The position numbers and the translations under genes are program-made. A DNA stretch of 63,784 nt, counting the filler, from Reticulomyxa filosa (lineage: Eukaryota; Protista; Foraminifera): assembly GCA_000512085.1 (NCBI GenBank). It is 20 parts of 20 records of this genome, joined end to end, with 100 filler letters (N's around TTAATTAATTAA, not from the genome) between each part and the next. Parts side by side here need not be neighbours in the genome. Positions count along the whole stretch, not along the records: positions 35,881 to 38,606 come from ASPP01036544.1; positions 38,707 to 40,119 come from ASPP01017183.1; positions 40,220 to 41,273 come from ASPP01005052.1; positions 41,374 to 44,004 come from ASPP01049840.1; positions 44,105 to 46,397 come from ASPP01002234.1; positions 46,498 to 47,698 come from ASPP01002703.1; 14 more parts are not named here. One strand, given 5' to 3'. Positions within the stretch are counted from its first letter, which is position 1. Each line of letters starts with the position of its first letter. Shown piece by piece: positions 35,881 to 47,698 of the stretch. The notes under the pieces were generated by a model. That model made no database searches, was not told the DNA's origin, and saw only the letters and a list, made by a program, of their open reading frames with translations.

Positions 35881-38606
35881 TTCAATGCAATAGCGAGCAA
35901 TATCCCAATGTTGATTGTTGATTGCCAAATGCAATGGAGTTTGTCGGTGTTCATTATATGAATCATTTATATCAATGCCAGGATGATTTTGCAATGCCAA
36001 TTTGAATTGTGACAAGTTACCTGATCTTGCTGCTTCATGAACAATAGTGTAACATCCTTTGCATATATTGCCATCATTACAAACTTCTTCAATTTGATTA
36101 TCCAAATAAGGGTATGGAATATCATTGTAATTGTTATCATCAATCCATTTTGATTGATGAATTGGAAAACCCCATTCAATAGCTTGTTCATTACAATATC
36201 TGATTAATTCGTTCAAAGTATCAAAACAGATATTACAATCATTGCAACTCAATTGAATACGAGGATTGAATGTCATCAAACCCACAGCTAGTAATTTCAT
36301 TTCTTCTCTCAAGTCTCTTTTATTACTAACCAATCTTTCCCAAATATATTCTTCTTTAGTCGCTTCCACGTGCGCCTGCATATTCTCTTTTAATCTCTCA
36401 ATTGTCACACGTTTCCACATATCTTCGGATATTTTTGACAATGTATATTGCATATGCAGTGTACATCTCTTTTTCGCTCGTTTCAACAAATATATCACTA
36501 ATGAATACAACTGACTGTCATTTAATCTCTTTGCTATCCTTTGAAGTAATATCACAAATAATATACTATTACCTATGTCGATTGTTTTCATTAAACGTTT
36601 GGAAACTATCATCAAAGCATTGAAAAACTTATTCGATTGTTCTTCATTTGATTTCGTTGAAATTCCTTCAAATGCTCTATTATATGATATAAAATAATAT
36701 AGACTTTCTTCATCTTTCAAAGCATTGACAACCCGTTTCAGTTGTCTATCATCTAATTCTGTTGAAATTGCTCCAAGCGATCCTGCACATAACATACGAA
36801 TAAAATCATCTTCATCGTTTAAACCAGTTATCAAAGCATTGAAAACCTTCCATGATCGCTTTACATTCACTTTTGTTGCAATTATTCCAAGTGACCCTAC
36901 ACATGATTTACGAACATTTTTATTTTGATCTTTTAGTCCATGAATAAAAGCATTGAAAACTTTCTCCAATTGTTTATCATTCAATTTTGTTGAAATTGTT
37001 TCAAGTGATTTTTCACATAAAACACGAATGTACATATCTTCATATTTTAATCCATTCAAACATTTCAAAGCATCATCCCATTGTTGTTTATTTAATTTCA
37101 TTGAAATATGTCCAATAGACCGTGCATACAAATAGTGATTACATTTAAAATTTTTGAATCCATTGATCAAACACGTGAAAAGACCATTGACTTGGGTTTC
37201 ATTCAATTGCATTACAATTTCTTTAAGTAAACCACTAGATATGTCACAATGATATCCATTTATATTTTTAAATCCGTCCATCAAACATTGAAAAGTAATA
37301 GCCAATTGTTCTTCATTCCATTTCTTTGAAAATATCATAAGTAAATTTATACATGACACTCGAACAAAATAGTCACTATCTTTTAATCCATTTATCAAGC
37401 AGTGAAAGGCATCACTGAAATAGTTTCTGTCCAATTTCACTGCAATTGTTCCAAGTAATTCTACACATTCCTTACGCACATCTACATTATCATTTCCATC
37501 ATTGAATATATCCATTGAAAAATTAAAAGCTTTATCCAATTGTTTTTCATTGCATTTATTTAAAATTTCTTTAAGTAATTGTATGCACTTGATACGAGTA
37601 TTTTGCGTTCCTTTTTATCATTTAACCTATCCATAAAACAATCCAATGCAATGTTGATTTGTTTTTCGTTCAATCTCTGCACAATTTCTTCAAATAAATT
37701 AGGGAAGAGAGAAATATAAATCGTGATAGATACGCCATTTGATCTAATGATTAAACAATCAAAAGTATTATCAAATTGTTTTTCAGAGAATGTCATTGTA
37801 ATTGCCTTACGTACATCTTCAGGCGCCCAATTATATTTATCTATATCATTGAATATACCTATTAAAAAACTGAAAATATCATTTAATTGTTTTTCTTTAA
37901 ATTTCATTATAAATCGGGTTGCATCTATATCATTTAGGATATCTTTTTCGTTGCGAAAATATGAAGGAAATCTATGGATCAAACATTGAAATGCATCATC
38001 CAACTGTTTTCCTTCCAATTGTAATGAAATCATTACAAGTGCATGTGCGCATTTATCACAAATTGTAATTTTTCCACTCTCAAAGGCATTCATCAAAAAT
38101 TCGAACACTTTATTCAATTGTCTCCCATTCAAGTGCAATGCTACTTTTGAAAGCGAACATGCACATTCTTCATGAATATAGTTAGCTTTATCACCAAGTC
38201 TATCCATGAAAAATTCGATAATATCATCCAATTGTTGTTCATTCAATTTCACTGCTATGTCACAAAGTAAGCCTGCACATATAGTAGCGCGTCTCTTAAA
38301 AACTTGTTTGTAACATTGGACAATAATATCTGAAGTCTCTGTTGAAATACACAAACACTGTAATAAAAGTAATGGATTAAATTTGAGCAATTGTGTTAGA
38401 AACTTGACGATATTCCAGCTATTAAGTGCATTCAATTGAGATTGAATTATCTTAATGTGATCAACAATACACACGTGGATATCTGGATGATGGAGGACAT
38501 ATTGAAAATTGGGTAAATTCAATTTCATCACTTCATTCAATGGTCTGTCAAAGACCCTTTCATCATAAAAAATAATAGGATAATTTTTGTCCTTGTCAAA
38601 ACAGAT
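35881..38606 (-). CDS. HEAT/ARM-repeat protein with C-terminal ankyrin repeats (both ends off contig)
   Basis: About 40-aa repeats LNEKQLDxxFxCLxxGLKD..VRxSCxxxLG, then IVHEAARSGNL...QTPLHLAINNQHWDIARY. The two ORFs join with a 1-nt indel at the T-run 37601-37604. Confidence 0.85.
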
Positions 38607-38706
38607 NNNNNNNNNNNNNNNNNNNNNNNNNNNNNNNNNNNNNNNNNNNNTTAATTAATTAANNNNNNNNNNNNNNNNNNNNNNNNNNNNNNNNNNNNNN
38701 NNNNNN

Positions 38707-38747
<41 letters not shown>

Positions 38748-39239
38748 GCAACTTTTGCTCGACCCTCCAGCAAAAGCTATACTGCCAATGGTAGTGTCCA
38801 TGTGTACAGTGTTAATTGGCAACGACTGGAGTGGTGGACGACGAGAGCGGAGGGGTGGCGATAGTGTGCGAAGAGATGCCGTTTTGGAGTACGGGTGGAC
38901 GAGGCTCACCTCTCTTGTAGTACTTACCGCCACTCTGCAAAGCGATGCTGCTGCTCGTGGAAAGGTCGCTTTCATTGCGCTGGTGTTTTTTGATCAAGCT
39001 GGAAAAGTCCGGAGTTTGCGAGGGACGCTCTTCGCGTTGATGCAAATGGAGGCCATGATCCATCACTGGTGAAGATGCATCCTCACCACGACGAAAATAT
39101 TGAGTCGTTGCTGTTGCTGCTGTTGTTGCTGTTGCTACTGTTGCTACTGTTGCTACTGTTGCTACTGTTGTGTCATGAGTGACTTTAGTCATTCGACTTG
39201 GACTATTTTTATACTTTTGAGAATTTGCAATCGAGTTGA

Positions 39240-39270
<31 letters not shown>

Positions 39271-40119
39271 GCTACTATTAATATGACTAAAATTAATATT
39301 ATAATTACTATAGTGCGTCGCAAGCGGAGGCTGTGAAATACCTTTCTCCTCTTCATCATCAATATCCACATTCGTTCGGACAGGGGCCAAGGAGTTGCAT
39401 GTGTCTTGATATTCCTTCCGCTTTCTGCGCTGGGCTTCTCTCTCTGCTATTGTACTGGCATTTTGCATGCGATATGTCAACATGGTGTTGATGCGGGCCA
39501 ATCTTCCAATCGATGTCTTTGCACCTTCCAATTCCGTGGTCAGTTCTTGAATGGTCCCCGACAATTCCAACACCTCCAGCTGGTGGTTGCTTTGGCTTGT
39601 CCGCATCTCCTTTTTCAAGTCTTCCGCTTGCTTCCAAAATTTGTCGCGCACGTCCGAAAGTGTTTCCACCAATTCGTGAATCTCTTTTTTGTACGTTTCA
39701 TCTTTGCTTTTCTATTGCAACACAATTATGCAAATGATTTCAACTTTTTTTTTTTCCAACATTAAAAAAAAAAAAAAAAGGGGAGGGGAAAAATATATAT
39801 AGATAAATAACACAAAGATATAACAATGAATAATAATAATAATTAAAAAAAAAAAAAATACTTTTAAATTGATGAATTCTTTTTCATACATCAATTTCAA
39901 ATCTTGGACTTGCTTTTGATGACTGCTCGTTTGTTGTAACATTTGCTCATTCAACTCTTTGATTTGAGTATTACTAATGTTAATTTTTTGACTATATTCA
40001 GTTAACACAGATTGCAATGTGTTTTGCAATTCTTCGTTTTTTTTATTTGTTCTTTCAATAGTACCGTTTGTTCGCCTAACAATGCCTGCAATTGCTCTGT
40101 TTCTTCGGCGTCGTTGTCA
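38707..40119 (-). CDS. Hypothetical coiled-coil / low-complexity protein, internal exons
   Basis: Coiled-coil exons (LQNTLQSVLTEYSQKI..., VETLSDVRDKFWKQAEDLKK...) followed by poly-N and ATV repeats. Confidence 0.55.
39105..39172. repeat. 9-bp tandem repeat (gctactgtt)n encoding ATV repeats
   Basis: gttgctact units seen directly; translates on the minus strand as TVATVATVATVATATT. Confidence 0.8.
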
Positions 40120-40256
40120 NNNNNNNNNNNNNNNNNNNNNNNNNNNNNNNNNNNNNNNNNNNNTTAATTAATTAANNNNNNNNNNNNNNNNNNNNNNNNN
40201 NNNNNNNNNNNNNNNNNNNTTTTTTTTTTTTTGTATACGTCGTCGTAATAATTAGC

Positions 40257-40888
40257 TTGGAAAGACAAACAGATGCTATTGGTTGTGTTGTTTCAGTGGG
40301 GAACAAAGGCACAAAACGGCGGGGGAAAAAAAACAACTCGAAAAATGGGTCCAGCAAAAAAAAAGGGCGAGCAACCAGTCATTGACTGGCAGGCTTTCGA
40401 ACTGGTTTAACTGGAACCTCTTTTCGAGCAATAGTACAGATGCCAATGTGTATACAAAAATGGAACAACCAAAGGGCAACGATGACAACAGTAATTTGTT
40501 TGGCAATCCCAATGAAAAGCTGCATCAGCGAGAATTGAAACGAAGAGTGGAGAAAACACGAAGCAATTTACTGCTCGAACAACAAATCCAACAATCCAAA
40601 AAATCCACACATGATTCAGATGGTGTGTTGTTGCTTTGGCATTCTCTTTATATACACATACATGTTTATGCTTATGTGCGTGTATTCTCTCTTGTCTTCT
40701 CCTATGAATGAATGTAACTTTTTTAAATCACAGACGAAGAAGATTTCCCAGAACAATCAGTACTGAGTGAACATGAAACAAAACCAGCACACATTGAAAT
40801 GACTTCCAACGAACAACAATCAAATGTTCCATACTACCTAGTCAAAGATGAAAATGGCGATTATTTGGAAGTTGAAGCCGAGAATTAA
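40257..40888 (+). CDS. 3' exons of a hypothetical protein
   Basis: Open frame to ...HDSD(G) with a GT donor at ~40623, acceptor cag at ~40733, acidic last exon ending EVEAEN*. Confidence 0.45.
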
Positions 40889-41373
40889 AATTAAGTACAC
40901 TTACTCTCTCTTGCTCTTCAACTAATTTTAATACAATATTGAACTGGTGTATTTTTTGGTTGATAATTCATATCAGCGTTCATTCATTTTTTTTTCTTGT
41001 GGTAATACTCTCTCTTCTGTGTCCTGCTCACTTCCATAATTCTGCACATTATAAAAATTTTTTTTACACGTTAAAAATAGAATAATATAAAAACATTAAT
41101 TGGCAATCTTCATGTAACTCCAAGGTTAATTTCTAATTTCCAAAAAATACACGCTTAAATTGAAATTTTGGACAAAACTGTGAAGAACAAAGGAACCGAA
41201 ATTTAACGAAAATTCTAGTTTAAGTAAAAAAAAGGGGTACAAAATATTAATACAACTTCATTTAAAGAAACTCNNNNNNNNNNNNNNNNNNNNNNNNNNN
41301 NNNNNNNNNNNNNNNNNTTAATTAATTAANNNNNNNNNNNNNNNNNNNNNNNNNNNNNNNNNNNNNNNNNNNN

Positions 41374-42013
41374 GATGTTGCTCGGGTTTCTTTTGTATTG
41401 CTTTGAATAATAAATCCAAATGCTCTTTCATCTGCTCTTGCATGTGTTGTTCAAAATTATAATTAAATAACACATCATTACAACCAAATTCTTTAAATTT
41501 ACATTCCACGGGTTGTAATGAACATGAATTCCCTTCTAAATGCTCTTTTACATCTTTTATTTTTCCTTTAAATTTACAACAATACTGTGTCTCTTTGTTT
41601 ACTATTCCTTCTTTTGTTTGGTCTTGTTGACATACATTTAATTGACTCATGAATTGTCGGGGACAGATCACCATCAAATCATCAATGCAATTTCGTGCTG
41701 TTTTTCCTTTCACATAATTACAACCGTCATGACTTTTAGTAGGGCATTGGTTATTATGATCTTTTAAATGTTTTAGCAAACATTGCTCTCCAACAACTAA
41801 TCCCTCTTTCATATCTTCGTGTTCATTACAAATCAATTCCATTGCATTGTTTGCGATTTCTTCGCACAACAAACAGTAAAAATTTTTCAGCTTTTTTCGC
41901 TTGTTCAAAAGCAGCACCCATTCTTCGTTATAACATTCGTCAAGTGACACTTTTTTTGTCTTCTTTCTTTTCTCTTTTTTATCTTCTTCTTTTTCCAAGC
42001 GTAATAGTAACAT
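41374..42013 (-). CDS. TRAF-like protein: variant RING + TRAF/SIAH-type zinc finger (3' partial)
   Basis: CLLCEEIANNAMELICNEH..VGEQCL..QCP..HDGC, DLMVICP, CKFKGKIKDVKEHL..C..QPVECKFKEFGC..FEQHMQEQMKEHLDLL. Start codon uncertain. Confidence 0.8.
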
Positions 42014-42609
42014 TAGCTTATTCTTTTTTTTATTGTCTTCCCTTTTTTTTTTGGTCACAAACAGTAGACAATCAAATGAACGTAATATCCAAATAATCTT
42101 ACAAAAAACACAAATATGGATCCACTCCAATTTTATTAGTTTTTTGGAATTATTTCACGTCGTGAATAAAATTTCTAAAGAATTTGGAGTCACAGCAATA
42201 TTTACAATGGCATACAAATCCTTACTTTTTTTTACAACACTCATAACAAAAAGTTACCACAAATGTAAGCGTATTTTTTATTTAATTTCAAAAATTAGAA
42301 TTGAATAGAATGTGGACAAAAACAAAACAAAAATATAGTTTCATTTTATCATCGTTTTTATCAACTCAATAGATATAAATTTCATCACGATAGTCCAGTG
42401 CAACTTCAAAAATATTTTCGTGGATTTAGTATAAAAAGCACATGAAATTGTACACTCTTTCTTTTTAACGAATTACTGTAATGACATCAAAATTAATTTC
42501 TGAAAGCTAGAAATTTAAAATAAACAACCAAAACAAACTTTACAACATATTTCAAAAATAAAATTCACTTTCATTTCTTTTCTGTATCTAAAACTTATTT
42601 CAAATATAC

Positions 42610-44004
42610 TTACAAATTCTTCAATTTTAATTTGATTGCTTCTGTACCTTGATGATTTTTACCCAATTTTTGAGTATAAATCGATAATGCATTTTCATAA
42701 CACTTCCTTGCCTCCTCTTTGTTCCCTTTTTTATAATTGATATCTCCTAAAATACTGTATGAATTACCAACACTTGGGTGGTCAGAATCAAACTTATTCA
42801 ATTTCAATTCCAATGATTTTTTTCCAAATTCCATTGCTTTGCCATATTCTTTTTTATTAAAATAGATATATGCCAAATTGTTGTATGAAGTAGCAACGTC
42901 AGGATGGTCATGTCCTAATTTATCCAATTTAATTCTCAATGATTTTTTATAATATTTAATTGCTGTATCGTATTCTCCTTTCTTCCGATAAACACTTCCC
43001 AAATTATTGTATGAAGTAGCAACATCAAAATGATCATGCCCCAATTTATCCAATCTAATTTCCAATGATTTTTCATAATATCCAATTGCTTTGTCATGTT
43101 TTTCTTTGCTTTCATAAACACTTCCCAAATTGTTGTATGAAGTAGCAACGTCAGGATGATCATTTCCCAATTTATCCAATCTAATTTTCAATGATTTTTC
43201 ATAATATTCAATTGCTTTGCGGTATTCTCCTTTGTTATTATAAACATTTCCCAAATTGTTGTATGAAGTAGCGACTTCAGGATGATCGGGTCCTAATTTA
43301 CTTAATCGAATTGTTAATGCCTTTTTGCAATATTCAATTGCTTTGCTATATTCTCCTTTTTTGCGATAAAATTTTCCCAAATTCTCATATGTAACAGCGA
43401 CATCAGGATGACCACGTCCCAATTTATTCAATTGAATTTCCAATGATTTTTCATAATATCCAATTGCTTTGTCATATTTTCCTTTGTTTTCATAAACATT
43501 TCCCAAATTGTTGTATGAAGTAGCAACATCAGGGTGATCATATCCCAATTTATTCAATTGAATTTCCAATGATTTTTCATAATATCCAATTGCTTTGTCA
43601 TATTCTCCTTTGTTGTAATAAGCAAGTCCCAAATTGTTGTATGAAATAGCAACATCAGGATGATCATGTCCCAATTTATCCAATCTAATTTTCAAATCTT
43701 TTTCATAATGTTCAATGGCTTTGTCATATTCTCCTTTGCCATTATATGCACTGCCTAACCAGGCATAAGAATAAGCAACATCAATATGAGATCATGTAAT
43801 GTTTGCAGTCTAACACAAAGTGCGAAACGAAATAACTGAATTGCCTTATTAAATTTTGAGATATTTAATGAATTTTCTCCCAACTTAATTAAATCTTTTG
43901 TTTCAATAGGCCAAAGGCAAGTGAAAACATGAGAAGGGAAATGGTAACGAATAACAGATCGATTTGTGTGAATAAGTTGTTGAGTAATATGACAATTTCC
44001 AATT
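42610..44004 (-). CDS. TPR protein with highly conserved 42-aa (126-bp) tandem repeats (5' partial)
   Basis: Consensus IRLDKLGHDHPDVATSYNNLGxVYxxKGEYDKAIxYYEKSL repeated about 9 times (kinesin-light-chain-like TPR). The frame continues upstream to the contig end after a 1-nt indel at ~43790. Confidence 0.92.
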
Positions 44005-44652
44005 NNNNNNNNNNNNNNNNNNNNNNNNNNNNNNNNNNNNNNNNNNNNTTAATTAATTAANNNNNNNNNNNNNNNNNNNNNNNNNNNNNNNNNNNNNNNN
44101 NNNNAATTGGAGGAGAATTCCGCATGAGGATACACAACAAAAAAAAAATCGTGGGTCCCTTGTTCACTTTTTGGCTCTGTGTAATAAAACACTGAAACTC
44201 TCAACGTCTTCATTTTGGTGGTCTTTGCAAAAAAAAGGGACAGCGTTTTCAGTTGTTCTTGGGGTTTTGTGTTAATTTTTTTCTGATCAATGAACACAGC
44301 AATATACCTCTTTTTCAGAATAGAAAAAAGGCCTTACAACAATAACAACATAAATAACATCAAGGATGTAGAAACAAGGCATGATACTTTTTAAATGCCT
44401 ATGAACACAATAACAACCAATGGAAAAGAAATTTGGAGTGTTTTAAGGATTCTCAACAACTGACAAAGAAGGCATTATTACTTCAGGTTACACAAAGGAG
44501 ATGCCACCAAAAGATGTTTATTAAAAAATCTCACTATTTTTTTTCTCAGTAACTTTTAAAAAATAAAACCTATTTATGGCAAGTTTTTAAAATGAAAAAA
44601 TGCAAATCATTGCAAAGCACACCAAAAAAGAGATTGGTTGATATGTGCAACA

Positions 44653-46134
44653 TCAACGTAAGCAATCACTTCCTGGAGGCACAGTTTGAAAAAACAGATT
44701 GACATCAGTTTGATCCAAAGAAATTATATTTGGAACAGATTGTTCTATTTTCAAGCGAATTGGGACTTTCCATTTGGCCAATTCATTTTGGATAAGTCCC
44801 TGAAAAGGTGTATCACAGAGTATTTTGATTGCATCGTCTTTGAATTTCTCTTTGAGCTCATTCCTTTGGAAGGTCATCAAATACCGTAAAAGGAAGATTG
44901 TCGCTCGATCTGAAATAACATGAAATAGCAGATATACTTTCTCATCAGGAAGTGCAAGATAATCCCAAAAGTGAAATTTATGTTTGTAATTGGGTTCATA
45001 AAACAGCGTTCTTTCAATATCTTGGACAGCATTCATCCAATTGTTTTTGTTTGATAGTATATTGAATTCCATCAAATATTTCATATATGAATCACTAATG
45101 CGAATACGATTTTGTTTGGCAGATGGATATTTCGAGTCGAAACATTGCAAAACCATTCCTTGATGAAAGGCAAATGTCTCAGTGTCACTTTCATCCAATA
45201 TTTCCATCATTTTCAAGTGACCAGTTATTTTCCATTTTTCCCTTATGCGTTTCTCTTCTACTTTGGATAAGCCCAGTTGTGGCAATTTGTTGTCGATAAA
45301 ATCGATCAGTTCTTCAAATTTTTTGTGTGTCAACAATCCCTTTGCAACAATCCAACACGTGTGTTCACTGATAGGGATTTTGTGCTGTTGTGCATACTCC
45401 AATAAATTCATTACTTTTGGAACATTCCCTGAACAACTATACACATACAATATATGATGGAATAGCTTAGCATCTATTATGATTGAGGGATCATGTAGGA
45501 TTGCTTCCCAAATCAATTCAGCACTTTCTACATCATGTGCTATTGAACACGCCAATAACATCAATTCACAAGTATTATGGTCCGGTGTTAGCTCATATTT
45601 TGAAATCAACAATCGAAAGTAATTCAATGCCTGTCCAACATTACCTTCCTTTGCATATCCCTCAATCATTGTATTCATTATTGAGACATTGGGTTTCAAC
45701 AAAAGATCTTCTTCTTTGCTCATAAACCATTCGTCAAATATCTTCTCACGCGACGCTAGATCTAATTTAGTCAACACTTTGTCGAATAACTTCATACGAA
45801 ATACAATCTTTTGCTCGCGTGCCATTTGAAAGATCTCAGGAATCACTTCATAGCTTTTTATATCCAAACATTTGTCAATGGCCTGATGGTATAGTCCTTT
45901 ATGGGAAGGATGGGCATTTTTGAGAAAAATTAGAATGTCCTGACCACTTTGCTTGGCTTCAAGCACTCTAGAACATTTCTGCGGCCTTGTGTAAAAAGAG
46001 TCTTGCTTACGTGAAGATGATGGCCTTTGCAAGATACTGTCATGTTTACAGAACTGTTGAACAAATGCGATACGAAAAACAAGCGATCTGGAATAGATCG
46101 GTTTGAAGAAGCTTGTAATGGATGTTGCCAGCAT
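44653..46134 (-). CDS. Pentatricopeptide-repeat (PPR) protein with degenerate SMR-like C-terminus, probable mitochondrial presequence
   Basis: Single 493-aa ORF. PPR motifs PNVSIMNTMIEGYAKEGNVGQALNYFRLL..LTPDHNTCELMLLACS and LFHHILYVYSCSGNVPKVMNLL; N-terminus rich in S/T/R/K and poor in acidic residues. Confidence 0.82.
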   Translation of the reverse strand: MLATSITSFFKPIYSRSLVFRIAFVQQFCKHDSILQRPSSSRKQDSFYTRPQKCSRVLEAKQSGQDILIFLKNAHPSHKGLYHQAIDKCLDIKSYEVIPEIFQMAREQKIVFRMKLFDKVLTKLDLASREKIFDEWFMSKEEDLLLKPNVSIMNTMIEGYAKEGNVGQALNYFRLLISKYELTPDHNTCELMLLACSIAHDVESAELIWEAILHDPSIIIDAKLFHHILYVYSCSGNVPKVMNLLEYAQQHKIPISEHTCWIVAKGLLTHKKFEELIDFIDNKLPQLGLSKVEEKRIREKWKITGHLKMMEILDESDTETFAFHQGMVLQCFDSKYPSAKQNRIRISDSYMKYLMEFNILSNKNNWMNAVQDIERTLFYEPNYKHKFHFWDYLALPDEKVYLLFHVISDRATIFLLRYLMTFQRNELKEKFKDDAIKILCDTPFQGLIQNELAKWKVPIRLKIEQSVPNIISLDQTDVNLFFQTVPPGSDCLR

Positions 46135-47531
46135 AGAGATTTATGTGTTTTAAAAAAAAGGAAAACGTTCAATAAACGTTTTCTTACAAGATTCTCAATT
46201 TCACGTACGTTGATAACGAGTAAATGCCCAAGAATGTTGAACAAAGCGAAGTGGATGGCCAAAGTCTTGGAAACGGCTTTTTTATTGCGACTCTAAAACT
46301 TTTTTACGGCAACGTTTGAACGTCGACTTTGATGCAATTGTAAATAAGTCCCAAAAAAAAGAGATGTTCTCCATTTTTTAAAAAAACATTCTTACAANNN
46401 NNNNNNNNNNNNNNNNNNNNNNNNNNNNNNNNNNNNNNNNNTTAATTAATTAANNNNNNNNNNNNNNNNNNNNNNNNNNNNNNNNNNNNNNNNNNNNTTT
46501 TTTTTTTTTTTTGTTTAAATTCAAATGCTAAGTTAACGTTAACGTTACTTTGGCATCATACGTTTTCTTATTTTGTTGTTTGTGAGTATTTTACTTTTGT
46601 AAATTTTGTTACTTTTTTTTTTTTTTGGCTACCTGAAAAATTTGTCATAAGTTTAATACAATTTTGATGACAACTATAAAGTACCTCTCAATCAAAGAAA
46701 AATATTTCGGCAAAGTGCTTTGAACATTTTCCAATACTTTTTTTTATCATTTTTAAAAACTGCTCAGAATGTTGACAAAAAAAAAAAAAAAAAATGAGGC
46801 CATCCTAATGGAATAGTCTTTGAAAAATGGTGCCTTTTTTTTCTTTTTTTTTTTAAAAAAAAAAGTAAATTGATTTTTAAGTATTAGCGACGCTTCTTGT
46901 GTTTATATCTTGATAATTTTTTTTTTTTTTACTTCAATTTTGTCCAAATGTTTTCTTTCAATAGATGCACTGTCAATACCATGCATTTTGATCACAACGA
47001 CAGGAAAGACGACATCTTCAACTACGAGAATGTCGTACACACGCAAGACACTTTCATCATCATGGTGAGGACATTCTTCACGTATACTTATCTGTTCTCG
47101 TTACGAAACACCAACGATTCGGAGGTGCATGCCGAAATGGAGCCACTTACCAGTTCTGCTATCAACAATCTGTATTCATATTCTGTTGAGATGCTATTTA
47201 AGGAAAATATTACAAGTGTTACTCGCGGATATTGTCGAAGAGATAGCAAATTCAGTTGGAGTTGGACTTGCTGTCGTTTTTGAAAGCGCAAATGTAATGG
47301 CTAAAATGCGACGTCGTATGTCAGGTTTATTCTGGCCCCACGTTATGTAGTTATGTCGCAATGCACATGCAGAATCGATTCAAGCTCTCCTATATCTTTG
47401 GTTTTCATACCACATACCTTCGCAGAGTTTTCTTTACATAACGTAGATATGGCACATTTGTTGGTTGCTTTGAACTCCAAACTTCGAATGTGCAAAGAAA
47501 AAATACTTTGGAGCGCAAAGACAATGCAAAA

Positions 47532-47698
47532 ATGGATTTGAAGTCAACTACTGAACAGCAGTTTTGCTTTGACAAAAATTGGATTTTACAATTAAACCAG
47601 CAGGAAGATATTCGCGATGTTATTTGTTTGGTGTGCAAACAAGTCGCCAACAACCCAATGGAAATCAATTGCACTCAACATAAAAACATGGATGAATC
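47532..47698 (+). CDS. 5' fragment of a TRAF-like variant RING protein
   Basis: CFDKNWILQLN...CLVCKQVANNPMEINCTQH is clearly homologous to CYNEEWVLLLN...CLLCEEIANNAMELICNEH at 41374-42013. Confidence 0.75.

Noticed and set aside
42610-43790. Regular 126-bp repeats as a CRISPR-like array
   Set aside because: Repeats are contiguous, in-frame and encode TPR motifs; no unique spacers.
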